From an uncultured delta proteobacterium (GTDB taxonomy: Bacteria > Myxococcota > UBA727 > VGSZ01), in the NCBI GenBank assembly GCA_963775425.1, contig CAVZJB010000017.1:224001-288000 (forward strand): DNA of 64,000 nucleotides, read 5' to 3'. Below are positions 47,554 through 55,426 of this stretch, in pieces. The notes under the pieces are model-generated. The model ran no database searches. It was not told the origin of the DNA and saw only the letters and a list, made by a program, of their open reading frames with translations. The translations under genes were made by a program, and so were the position numbers. The number at the start of each line of letters is the position of its first letter. Positions within the stretch are counted from its first letter, which is position 1.

Positions 47554-47834
47554 ATGGACGCGGTAGCAGGCGGCCGCGGCGCGCGAAAGGCGGGCGCGGT
47601 CGCCGGTCGGTCACGCGACGAAGCGCCGCCTCTCGAAGCGGTGCAGGCCCGTGAGCGTCTCGCGCCCGTGACCGAACATCGACGTCGACGCCGGCGTCCA
47701 CCCTTCGAACGCGCCGCGCCACGAGCGCGACCGGCCTGGGGGCTCCCGCGTGCGGTCTCACCCATGCCATTGGGCCGGCACGCCCGGGTGTGGACGCAGC
47801 CGCGCGCTGCGACGCGCTTGCGCGACGTGCGATT

Positions 47835-47849
47835 CGGCACGGTGCTTGG
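47835..47849 (+). promoter_or_regulatory. Possible sigma54 -24/-12 promoter
   Basis: CGGCACG-GTGC-TTGG versus consensus TGGCACG-N4-TTGC, just upstream of the cytochrome gene; the -12 GC is not perfect. Confidence 0.45.
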
Positions 47850-47864
47850 AGAGCCGGTGGTGCC

Positions 47865-49070
47865 ATGAGCCGCTTCACCGCCCCCGCCGTCGTCGCCGCC
47901 ACCGCCACGCTCCTCGCCGCCTCCGGTGGCGCTCTCGTCGGCGCTGGCGCCGCCCGCGCGCAGCCTGACGCGGGCTGGGTCGCGCGGATGGATGCGCTCG
48001 CCGTGGCGCTGTCGCAGTTGCTCCCGGACGCCCTGGGCGACCCGCCGTCGAGCGCCGAACAGCAGGAGGCGCGCGACGAGAGGCTGCGCAAGAACACGCG
48101 CGCCCTCGCGACCCTCGCGCACGACCTCAGGATGGTCGACCCCTCGCGCCTCCCCGACAACGACCCGACGGTGCCGCTCCTCGCGCGCGAGCTCGACAGC
48201 GCGATGGCCGACGTCGAGACCGCGCGTGGGGATCGCTTGAAAGACGCGTCGCTGCTCGTGGCGTCGACGTGCATCGCCTGCCACACGCGCACGAACGCGG
48301 GCGCGCCGCGGCCGCGCATGCGCCTTCCTGCCGTGGACCCGTCGCTCCCCGCCTGGGTGCAGGCCGACGTCCTCGCCGCCACCCGTCGCTTCGAGCCGGC
48401 GCGCGCCGCATACCGCGCCGTCATCCGCGACGAGAGCTTCGCCGAGAAGGAGCCGATGCTCTGGGAGCACGCCGTCAAGCGGGCGCTCGTCCTCGAGGTG
48501 CGCACCGCCCGCGACCCCCGCGGCGCGCTCGAGATCGTCGAGCAGGTGCTCCACACGCCCGCGCTCGAGGGGCGCGAAGGGATGCTGCGCGACGCCGCCG
48601 GCTGGCGTACGAGCCTGCGCGCGTGGGCCGCGGAGCCGCAGCGGCCGCGCACGCGCCAGGCGCTCTACGCGCAGGCGCAGCGCCTGATGGATCAAGCCAA
48701 CGCCCTGGCGCGCGCCCCCGACGACAGCAGCGCCGACATCCTCTACCTCCGCACCACCAGCGCCCTGCACGAGCTGCTCTCCAAGCTCCCCGCGGACGCC
48801 AAAGCGAAGGGCGTGCGCGCGCAGGCGCTGTCGTGGCTCGGTGAGAGCTACGAGGCCTTGCGCGACGTCGACGTCTGGTCCCTGTACCTGCTGTACGACG
48901 AGGCCTGCATCGAGGAGGCGCCGCACTCCATCATCGCCGGCGAGTGCTACGACCGGCTCGTGCGCGCCACGCGTGTCGAGGAGAGCGGCAACGGCGGCGC
49001 CCCCCTCGACGCCGTCACCCGCGCCCGCCTCGAGCGCCTCAAGGACCTCTCCGTCTCCCACCCCCGCTGA
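47865..49070 (+). CDS. Secreted monoheme c-type cytochrome with helical-repeat C-terminal region
   Basis: Signal peptide; single CIACH heme motif after a helical segment; remainder predicted all-alpha. Confidence 0.72.
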   Translation: MSRFTAPAVVAATATLLAASGGALVGAGAARAQPDAGWVARMDALAVALSQLLPDALGDPPSSAEQQEARDERLRKNTRALATLAHDLRMVDPSRLPDNDPTVPLLARELDSAMADVETARGDRLKDASLLVASTCIACHTRTNAGAPRPRMRLPAVDPSLPAWVQADVLAATRRFEPARAAYRAVIRDESFAEKEPMLWEHAVKRALVLEVRTARDPRGALEIVEQVLHTPALEGREGMLRDAAGWRTSLRAWAAEPQRPRTRQALYAQAQRLMDQANALARAPDDSSADILYLRTTSALHELLSKLPADAKAKGVRAQALSWLGESYEALRDVDVWSLYLLYDEACIEEAPHSIIAGECYDRLVRATRVEESGNGGAPLDAVTRARLERLKDLSVSHPR

Positions 49071-49159
49071 ACGCCCCCGCGGCGGCCCGTGGCCGGCGGC
49101 GCACACGCCGTGCGCGCCGGCTCGTCCGCCGGCTCGCGGGCGCGGTAGCTTCGGAGCGC

Positions 49160-49822
49160 ATGGATGCCGCCACGTCCGCGCTCGTCGACGAGGTGCGCCG
49201 TCTCTCTCCCGAGAAGGCGTTTCGCGCCTATCTCGAGCTGTGCGACACGGCGCCCGACAAGGCGCAGGTGGCGGCGCTCGCGCTGCGAGACAAGGCGCGG
49301 GCGGGCGAGCTCCCCGACGACTGCGTCGCCCTCCTCGACACCTGCCTCGCCGAAGCGCCCGACTCCGTCTGCGCGGCGCACCTCGCCAAGGCGCTCGCCG
49401 CCTTCGGCCGCCGTGCGCAGCCCGCCGCGCCCACGCTGTGCGCCCGCATTCGCGACCTCCACGTCACCGACGACGTCGGCTACTGGATCCTCGACGGCTG
49501 CCTCTTCGCCCTCGGCTTCCTCGGCGGCGCCGCCGCCAAGGCGCTCCTCGACGCGCTCGACGCCGAAGCCCCGAGCCGCGCGGTGCGCTCGGACTCCGTC
49601 TATGACGGAGAGCTGTCCCGCGAGGAGCGCGGGCGCCGCTACGCCGACGCGCTCGCCCGCGTGCGCGCCCTGGTCGAGCAGCGCGACCCGGGCGTGTGGC
49701 GCCCGCAGCAAGCGCGCCCCACGCGCGCGCCGTCGCCGCGGCCGCCCGCGACGGAGGGGACGCCGGCGCCCGCGGAGGAGCCGAAGGCCGGGCCGTCGAA
49801 GAAGTCCTGGATGGTGCGCTGA
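49160..49822 (+). CDS. Hypothetical alpha-helical (HEAT-like) protein
   Basis: Natural-looking ORF with LAKALAAFG..AQPAAP and ALGFLG helical repeats. Confidence 0.6.
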   Translation: MDAATSALVDEVRRLSPEKAFRAYLELCDTAPDKAQVAALALRDKARAGELPDDCVALLDTCLAEAPDSVCAAHLAKALAAFGRRAQPAAPTLCARIRDLHVTDDVGYWILDGCLFALGFLGGAAAKALLDALDAEAPSRAVRSDSVYDGELSREERGRRYADALARVRALVEQRDPGVWRPQQARPTRAPSPRPPATEGTPAPAEEPKAGPSKKSWMVR

Positions 49823-49842
49823 GGCTCGGCTGCAGGCCCGGC

Positions 49843-50283
49843 TCAGCCACGCACTTCGATGCGCGTCTCGCCGATGCGGATGAGGTCCCCGAGCGCGAGC
49901 TCGGCCGACGGGATGCGCTTGCCGTTCAGGAACGTGCCGTTGGTGGACGCCATGTCGAGCAGCGAAGCGCCGGCCTCGTCGACGAAGACCATGGCGTGGC
50001 GCTGGGAGACCGAGTCGTCCTGGAGGCCGACGTCGGTGTCGCGCTCGAAGCTCGTGAGCAGCGCGCGCGCGCCGGCGTTCTTGGGCGTGGCGCGGATCTT
50101 CAGGTGGCGGGTGACTGCCTTTTCGTCTTCGTCGGACAGGCGGTGCGACGAGTGCTGCGTGATCATGCCCGTGGCGCCGATGAGGGTCTGGCTGCGCCCC
50201 ACCATCACGCAGTGCCCGACATTGACCACAATGGAGCGGCCGAAGTCCTTTCCTTTGACCACGACGAGGACGGCGCGTTTCAT
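49843..50283 (-). CDS. FHA domain protein
   Basis: VGRS, VSQRHA, DMASTNGTFLNG, GDLIRIG. Confidence 0.9.
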   Translation of the reverse strand: MKRAVLVVVKGKDFGRSIVVNVGHCVMVGRSQTLIGATGMITQHSSHRLSDEDEKAVTRHLKIRATPKNAGARALLTSFERDTDVGLQDDSVSQRHAMVFVDEAGASLLDMASTNGTFLNGKRIPSAELALGDLIRIGETRIEVRG

Positions 50284-51827
50284 ACGGTCTTCGAACCTAC
50301 ACCAAACGAGCCTGGGCGGATACCGAGCCTGCGCAGGAGGCGTTCGACCTCGGCCCAGGCGCCCGTCTCCTTCTCCTCGTCGCTCGTGGCCCCGACGAAG
50401 CCCTCGAGGCGCTCGCGCAACGCGCGCTCGCCCGGAGTCAACACGCCGTCGTAGCGCCGATCACCGAGGTGCGCCGTGGCCGCCGCCGCCTGCTGCGCCA
50501 TGCGATCGAGGAAGATGTCCACGAGGCGCGCCTGCTCCGCGAGGGAGCCGGCGAACGTGATCCAATCGAGGTCGCCGCCCCACAGCTCCTCGGCCAGCGG
50601 GTTCGGCTCGACGACGAGCGTGGTGCCGAACTTGCCGGGCCCGATGGACTGGCGCACGGCGTGGGCGATGCGGTGGAAGTTGTCGTCGGTAAAGGAGAAG
50701 CCGACGAAGAGCATGTGCCGTGTGAGCAGCAGCGCCTGCACGATGCCGGCGAGCGCGGTGCGGTTCTCCTGGAACTTCAGGTAGTCCTCGCGCGTGAGCA
50801 CGATGGTCTCGGGCTTGGTCACGCTGCCGTGCATCTTCAACAACCAGCGCTGCCCGCGCGCGACCTCGCCGCCCGGCAGCACCGTCACCGGGCGCTCCAC
50901 GGCGAGCGACGCCCGCTCGAAGAGGTCGTCGTAGTTGGTGGTGATGACCTCGTCGACGGGCAGGCTCGCGAGGAGCCCGTGGCCGAGCGCGTGGCGCCGC
51001 GCCCGCTCCCGCAGGAGCGCGGCGACGACCGCGCCGAGCGGCTCCTGATCGTGCAGCCGGCGTTGAATCACGGCGGCGCGATCGAGCTCGCCGAGCTGGG
51101 CGAGCGCCGCCTTGGTGGCCGCGTCGTCGACGCCGGCGCGCTCCTCGGCGAGGTCTTCGAGCATCGTGGTCCACGACGGCAGCCCGGCCCCCTGGCTGAC
51201 ACCCGCGCCGAGGAAGACGACGAGGTCGCCGCTCCTGGCCTTGCTCGCGAGGGCGTCGGCGGCGGCGAGCTGCCCGGGCGACAGCGTCGCCCACGTCTCG
51301 ATGGCGGCGCGCTCGTGTTGCGCCGCCGCCCACGCGGGGCCGTCGCGCAGCACGAGGGCGACGTCGACGTCTGCGGCCTCCGCCTCCTCGTGCAGCGCCG
51401 GCAGGAGCAGCCGCACCACCTCGCCCGAGAGCCGGGCGCCGCCGCCGCCGCCGGTGCCCGCGAGCGGCAGCGCGAGCAGGTGCTTGTGGCGGCCGAACAG
51501 CGGCGCGCGCTTCTTGTCGCGGAGCACGCGCGCCGCGAGCTGAACGAAGTGACGCGCGCCTTCGACGTACCAGGGGGGGCCGTCGCGTTTTGTGCCGATG
51601 ACGTCGGTGAGAAACGGCAGGGGCTCCGTGGGGGAGACCTCGGCGAGCAGCCGCGCTCGCGGCCGGCCCTCGTCGGACCAGCCGGCGGGCAATTCCAGCC
51701 AGGCCTCCTGCGGCGGGAGCGCGGTGCGCCAGCTCTCTCCCGGCGAGCGTTCGCTGCCCGGGACGAGCCACGCGTCGCACGTGAGCTGCATCAAGTCGCC
51801 GCGGAGCACGAACACGTGGGAGCGCAT
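50280..51827 (-). CDS. Macro-like domain + SIR2 (SIR2_2-type) fusion protein
   Basis: SIR2: VFLGAGVS..AGLPSW, ITTNYD, LLKMHGS, LTREDY, LFVGFSFTDDNF. N-terminus: GDLMQLTCDAWLVP and ALPLAGTGGGG resemble macrodomain GDIT..DA and P.I.TG..G motifs. Confidence 0.85.
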   Translation of the reverse strand: MRSHVFVLRGDLMQLTCDAWLVPGSERSPGESWRTALPPQEAWLELPAGWSDEGRPRARLLAEVSPTEPLPFLTDVIGTKRDGPPWYVEGARHFVQLAARVLRDKKRAPLFGRHKHLLALPLAGTGGGGGARLSGEVVRLLLPALHEEAEAADVDVALVLRDGPAWAAAQHERAAIETWATLSPGQLAAADALASKARSGDLVVFLGAGVSQGAGLPSWTTMLEDLAEERAGVDDAATKAALAQLGELDRAAVIQRRLHDQEPLGAVVAALLRERARRHALGHGLLASLPVDEVITTNYDDLFERASLAVERPVTVLPGGEVARGQRWLLKMHGSVTKPETIVLTREDYLKFQENRTALAGIVQALLLTRHMLFVGFSFTDDNFHRIAHAVRQSIGPGKFGTTLVVEPNPLAEELWGGDLDWITFAGSLAEQARLVDIFLDRMAQQAAAATAHLGDRRYDGVLTPGERALRERLEGFVGATSDEEKETGAWAEVERLLRRLGIRPGSFGVGSKTV

Positions 51828-51857
51828 GGCGACGGATCTACCGCGCCCGGGCCGCGC

Positions 51858-51900
51858 TTGACTTCAATGCATGGTGCATATATGTTCTATGCATATATGC
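51858..51900 (+). promoter_or_regulatory. Sigma70-type promoter overlapped by palindromic operator
   Basis: TTGACT(51858)-17 bp-TATGTT(51881); inverted repeat GCATATATG-N7-CATATATGC (51876-51900) covers the -10 and the nrtR start codon. Confidence 0.8.
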
Positions 51901-52601
51901 CGAGAGCATCAAAGTCCCTGAGCGCGTTCCCCCGGCCGTCGGTGGCCGTGGACGTGGTGGCGATGACCGTCGAGAGCGGCGCGCTCCACGTGGCGCTCTA
52001 CAAGCGCACGGAGCCGCCCCAGCGCGGGCACTACGCCCTGCCCGGCGGCTTCGTGCGCATCGACGAGTCGCTCGACGACGCCGCGGCCCGCTTGCTCGCG
52101 CAAAAGGCGGGGTTCACCGACGTCTTCCTCGAGCAGCTATACACGTTCGGCGACCTCCGCCGCGACCCGCGCGGCCGCGTCATCGCCGTCACCTACTACG
52201 CCCTCGTCGACGCCGCCCGCTTCCGGAACAAGACGTGCGTCGATGCGCGCGTGACGGTGCCTTGGCCGGGCGAGACCGGCGGCCCCGTCGACGTCGTCGG
52301 CGACGACGGCGCGCCGCTGCAGCTCGCGTTCGATCACGCGGACATCCTCGGCCTCGCGGTCAAGCGGCTGCGCGGCAAGCTCGACTACTCGCCCGTCGGC
52401 TTCCAGCTCCTGCCCGCGGAGTTCACGCTCCGCCAGCTTCAGGAGATCCACGAGGCCGTCCGCGGTGACGAGCTCAACAAGGACTCGTTTCGGCGGCGCA
52501 TGTTGACCTCGGGTGTGCTCGAGGCCACGGGCGCGCGCGAGCGCGACGTGCTGCACCGGCCCGCCGAGCTCTATCGGTTCGTGCGGAGGAGCGCCGTGTA
52601 G
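51897..52601 (+). CDS. nrtR: NrtR-family regulator (degenerate Nudix + winged HTH)
   Basis: PSVAVDVV, LPGGFV..DESL..AAARLLAQKAG (Nudix RE/EE lost), LEQLYTFG...RDPRGRVI, LAFDHADI, FTLRQLQ..HE, KDSFRR, HRPAELYRF. Confidence 0.9.
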   Translation: MPRASKSLSAFPRPSVAVDVVAMTVESGALHVALYKRTEPPQRGHYALPGGFVRIDESLDDAAARLLAQKAGFTDVFLEQLYTFGDLRRDPRGRVIAVTYYALVDAARFRNKTCVDARVTVPWPGETGGPVDVVGDDGAPLQLAFDHADILGLAVKRLRGKLDYSPVGFQLLPAEFTLRQLQEIHEAVRGDELNKDSFRRRMLTSGVLEATGARERDVLHRPAELYRFVRRSAV

Positions 52602-52691
52602 GAGGGAGCGATGGGAACAAGACAGCAGCCGATGACAACAAAACGCATCGAGCCGGCCCTGGTGCCGGCGAGGACGGGAGGGAGGAACACC

Positions 52692-53714
52692 ATGGCGGAG
52701 ATCAGGTCCTTCGTTTTCGTGCGCCACCTGCGGGCCGAGCCCACCACGCACGTGTTGTTCTTCCGCGGCGGCGCGCTGCGCGCGAGCGGCCGCGGGCTCG
52801 CTTTGTGGTTCTCGCCGCTCGGGGCGTCCATCGCGCAGGTCCCCCTCGATGACCGCGAGCTCCCGTTCCTGTTTTCGGGGCGGTCGGCGGACTTCCAGGA
52901 CGTCGTGGTGAACGGCGTCGTGACCTTCCGGGTGAGGGACCCGGAGCTCCTCGCGTCGCGCGTGGACTTCTCCATCGACACGCGCACGGGCCTCTTCAAC
53001 AAGGAGCCGCTCGACAAGCTGGCGCTCGTCGTCAAGGAGCTGTCGCAGCAGCTCGCGTCGTCCTTCCTGAACCGAACGCCGCTCAAGACCATCCTCGACC
53101 AGGGCATCGAGGTCATCCGCGACGCCATCCACGTGGGCCTGGTCACCGACGAGGGCGTCGGCGCGCTCGGCCTCGAGATCGTGTCCACGCGCATCTCGTC
53201 GGTGAAGCCCACGAGCGAGATGGAGAAGGCGCTGCAGATGCCGACGCGCGAGCGGATCCAACAGGCGGCCGACGAGGCGACCTTCGGGCGGCGGGCGCTG
53301 GCGGTGGACAAGGAGCGCGCCATCCAGGAAAACGAGCTGTCGAACCAGATCGAGCTCGCGCGCCGCGAGGAGCAGCTCATCGCGCAGCGCGGACAAAACG
53401 AGAGGAAGCGCGCCACCGAGACGGCCGAGTCCAAGCGCATCGAGGTCGAAGCGGCGGCGCACAACGTGAAGCTGAACGCGGCGGCGCAGGCGGAGAGCAT
53501 CAAGGTGCTCGAGGACGCCAAGGTCGTCGCCGAGCGCGAGCGCATGGACATCTACCGCGACCTGCCGCCCGCGGCGCTCATGGGCCTCGCCGCCCGCGAG
53601 CTCGCCGGCAAGCTGCACAACATCGAGCACCTGAGCCTCACCCCCGACATCCTCGGCTCGCTCCTGCAGCGCGTGCTCGGCGCCGGTGCGGACAAGCTCG
53701 AGCGCGACGCGTAG
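52692..53714 (+). CDS. SPFH/band-7 domain protein with coiled-coil C-terminus
   Basis: DFQDVVVNG.VTFRV.DP, QQAADEATFGRRALAVDKERAIQENEL, LNLT-like LSLTPD. GGAGG RBS at 52681; alternative in-frame ATG at 52611. Confidence 0.85.
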   Translation: MAEIRSFVFVRHLRAEPTTHVLFFRGGALRASGRGLALWFSPLGASIAQVPLDDRELPFLFSGRSADFQDVVVNGVVTFRVRDPELLASRVDFSIDTRTGLFNKEPLDKLALVVKELSQQLASSFLNRTPLKTILDQGIEVIRDAIHVGLVTDEGVGALGLEIVSTRISSVKPTSEMEKALQMPTRERIQQAADEATFGRRALAVDKERAIQENELSNQIELARREEQLIAQRGQNERKRATETAESKRIEVEAAAHNVKLNAAAQAESIKVLEDAKVVAERERMDIYRDLPPAALMGLAARELAGKLHNIEHLSLTPDILGSLLQRVLGAGADKLERDA

Positions 53715-53733
53715 GGCGGGGGCTTGCCCCCCG

Positions 53734-53769
53734 TCGACAAGAGCCCGCCTCGACAAGAGCCCGCCTCGA
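53734..53769 (+). repeat. 16-bp tandem duplication in intergenic space
   Basis: TCGACAAGAGCCCGCC x2 plus TCGA, following a GC hairpin after the SPFH stop. Confidence 0.8.
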
Positions 53770-53781
53770 GAGGAGCACGCG

Positions 53782-54681
53782 ATGTCCAGGTCCCTTCCGC
53801 CGAGAGCCGTCGTCGTCACCAGGCCCACCGAGCTCGAGGCGCTCCTGCTCCACCACGGCACGCGCGAGCAGGCGCGCTTCTTCCTCGAGACGCGCGGGCG
53901 CAAGCTCGACGAGGTCGTCGACCGCCACGAGACCCAGGAGCGGGCCCTTCACGCGGTGGCGGCGCAGGTCCCCATGGCGTGGCGGCGGGCCAAGGTGTCC
54001 CGCGCCGAGCTCGATCGCTTCCTGTTCGAGCCGGAGGACGTCGTCATCGCCGTGGGCCAGGACGGGCTCGTCGCCAACGTCGCCAAGTACCTCGACGGGC
54101 AGGTCGTCGTCGGCGTCAACCCGTCGACGTCGCTGTACGACGGCGTCCTCGTGCGCCACCCGCCCCCCGCCGTCGCGGACCTGCTCGCCATGAACGCGCG
54201 CGGCGCCCTGGCCGTCGAGGAGCGCTCCATGGTGCGGGCGAGCACGGCGGACGGTTCGAGCCTGGTGGCGCTCAACGAGATCTACGTCGGTCACCGCACA
54301 CACCAGAGCTCGCGCTACACCCTCGCCGTCGCCGGCCGGGCCGAGCGCCACTCGTCGTCGGGGCTCATCGTGTGCAGCGGCACGGGCGCCACCGGCTGGG
54401 CGAAGAGCGTGTCGCTGCGGCGCCAGGGCTGCCCTGCCCTGCCCGAGGCAACGTCGACCACGCTCGCGTTCCTCGTGCGCGAGGCGTGGCCGAGCGTCGC
54501 CACCGGCGCCGAGCTCGTGCACGGCCTGCTGAAGCAAAGCGACGAGATCATCGTCACATCGGAGATGAACGAGGACGGCGTGGCCTTCGGGGACGGCATC
54601 GAGGACGACAACCTCGCGCTGCCCTACGGCCAGGTCGTCACCCTGCGGCGCGCCGAGCAGGCGCTGAGGTTGGCGGCATGA
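53782..54681 (+). CDS. NAD-kinase-fold protein (GQDG variant)
   Basis: VIAVGQDGLVANVAKY, VGVNP, ALNEIYVG, SSGLIVCSGTGATGW, FGDGIEDD. Confidence 0.85.
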   Translation: MSRSLPPRAVVVTRPTELEALLLHHGTREQARFFLETRGRKLDEVVDRHETQERALHAVAAQVPMAWRRAKVSRAELDRFLFEPEDVVIAVGQDGLVANVAKYLDGQVVVGVNPSTSLYDGVLVRHPPPAVADLLAMNARGALAVEERSMVRASTADGSSLVALNEIYVGHRTHQSSRYTLAVAGRAERHSSSGLIVCSGTGATGWAKSVSLRRQGCPALPEATSTTLAFLVREAWPSVATGAELVHGLLKQSDEIIVTSEMNEDGVAFGDGIEDDNLALPYGQVVTLRRAEQALRLAA

Positions 54682-55292
54682 GCACGAGAGTCCACAGCCC
54701 CCTCGAGGAGCGCGCCGACGAAGAGGGGCTCGGTCTGTTCCGCATCCCCTTCGTGCGCATCGTCGACGACGTGCTCAGCGCCGCCGAGTGCCGCGCGCTC
54801 GTCGAGCGCGTCGAGTCGATGGGCATGGACGTGGCCACCATCAATCGCGGCAACGGGAAGACCGAGCTCAACACCCGCTACCGTGACAACGACCGCGCCA
54901 TCTTCGACGACGTCGACCTCGCCGCGGACCTCCATCGCCGCCTCGCCTGCGCCATCCCGGAGACGTGGAGCGGTGGCGCCCGCGCCGTGGGGTTGAACGA
55001 GCGCTTTCGCGCCTACCGCTACGGCCCCGGCCAGCGCTTCCTCCCGCACTTCGACGGCTGCTTCCGCCGCGACGAGCGCGAGGCCAGCGAGATCACGGTG
55101 CTCGTGTACCTGAACGACGCCGTCGCTGGCGGCGCTACCCGGCTGTGCGACTTCGGCTTCGACGTCGTCCCCAAGCGCGGCATGGCCCTGCTCTTCCAGC
55201 ACATCGTGCTGCACGAGGGCCTGCCCGTCACCGCGGGCAACAAGTACGTCCTGCGCAGCGACGTCATGTACCGCTCCGCGCGCCCCGGTTGA
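54678..55292 (+). CDS. 2OG-Fe(II) oxygenase, prolyl 4-hydroxylase-like
   Basis: LSAAEC, GLNERFRAYRY, PHFDG (HxD), VYLND..GG.T, LHEG, KYVLRSDVMY; ATGA overlap with the kinase-like gene. Confidence 0.9.
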   Translation: MSTRVHSPLEERADEEGLGLFRIPFVRIVDDVLSAAECRALVERVESMGMDVATINRGNGKTELNTRYRDNDRAIFDDVDLAADLHRRLACAIPETWSGGARAVGLNERFRAYRYGPGQRFLPHFDGCFRRDEREASEITVLVYLNDAVAGGATRLCDFGFDVVPKRGMALLFQHIVLHEGLPVTAGNKYVLRSDVMYRSARPG

Positions 55293-55310
55293 CGCTCGCG
55301 GGAAAGCGAG

Positions 55311-55377
55311 GGCGCCATTGCCGGCGCCCCATTGCCGGGGCCCCATTGCCGGCGCGCCATTGCCGGCGCGCCATTGC
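55311..55377 (+). repeat. 14-bp tandem repeat x5
   Basis: CCATTG at 55315, 55329, 55343, 55357, 55371, with CCGGCGC(C/G)-like linkers. Confidence 0.88.
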
Positions 55378-55426
55378 GGACGCGCCTGTCGACGGCGCCC
55401 GGGCATCGCGTGTACGGTCCGCGCCC

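Noticed and set aside
50280-51827. Calling the locus Thoeris, DSR or SIR2-HerA
   Set aside because: No TIR, SLOG, HerA, Argonaute or long TPR sensor is visible nearby.
55311-55377. Possible mini-CRISPR
   Set aside because: The 14-bp period leaves no room for spacers; simple tandem repeat.
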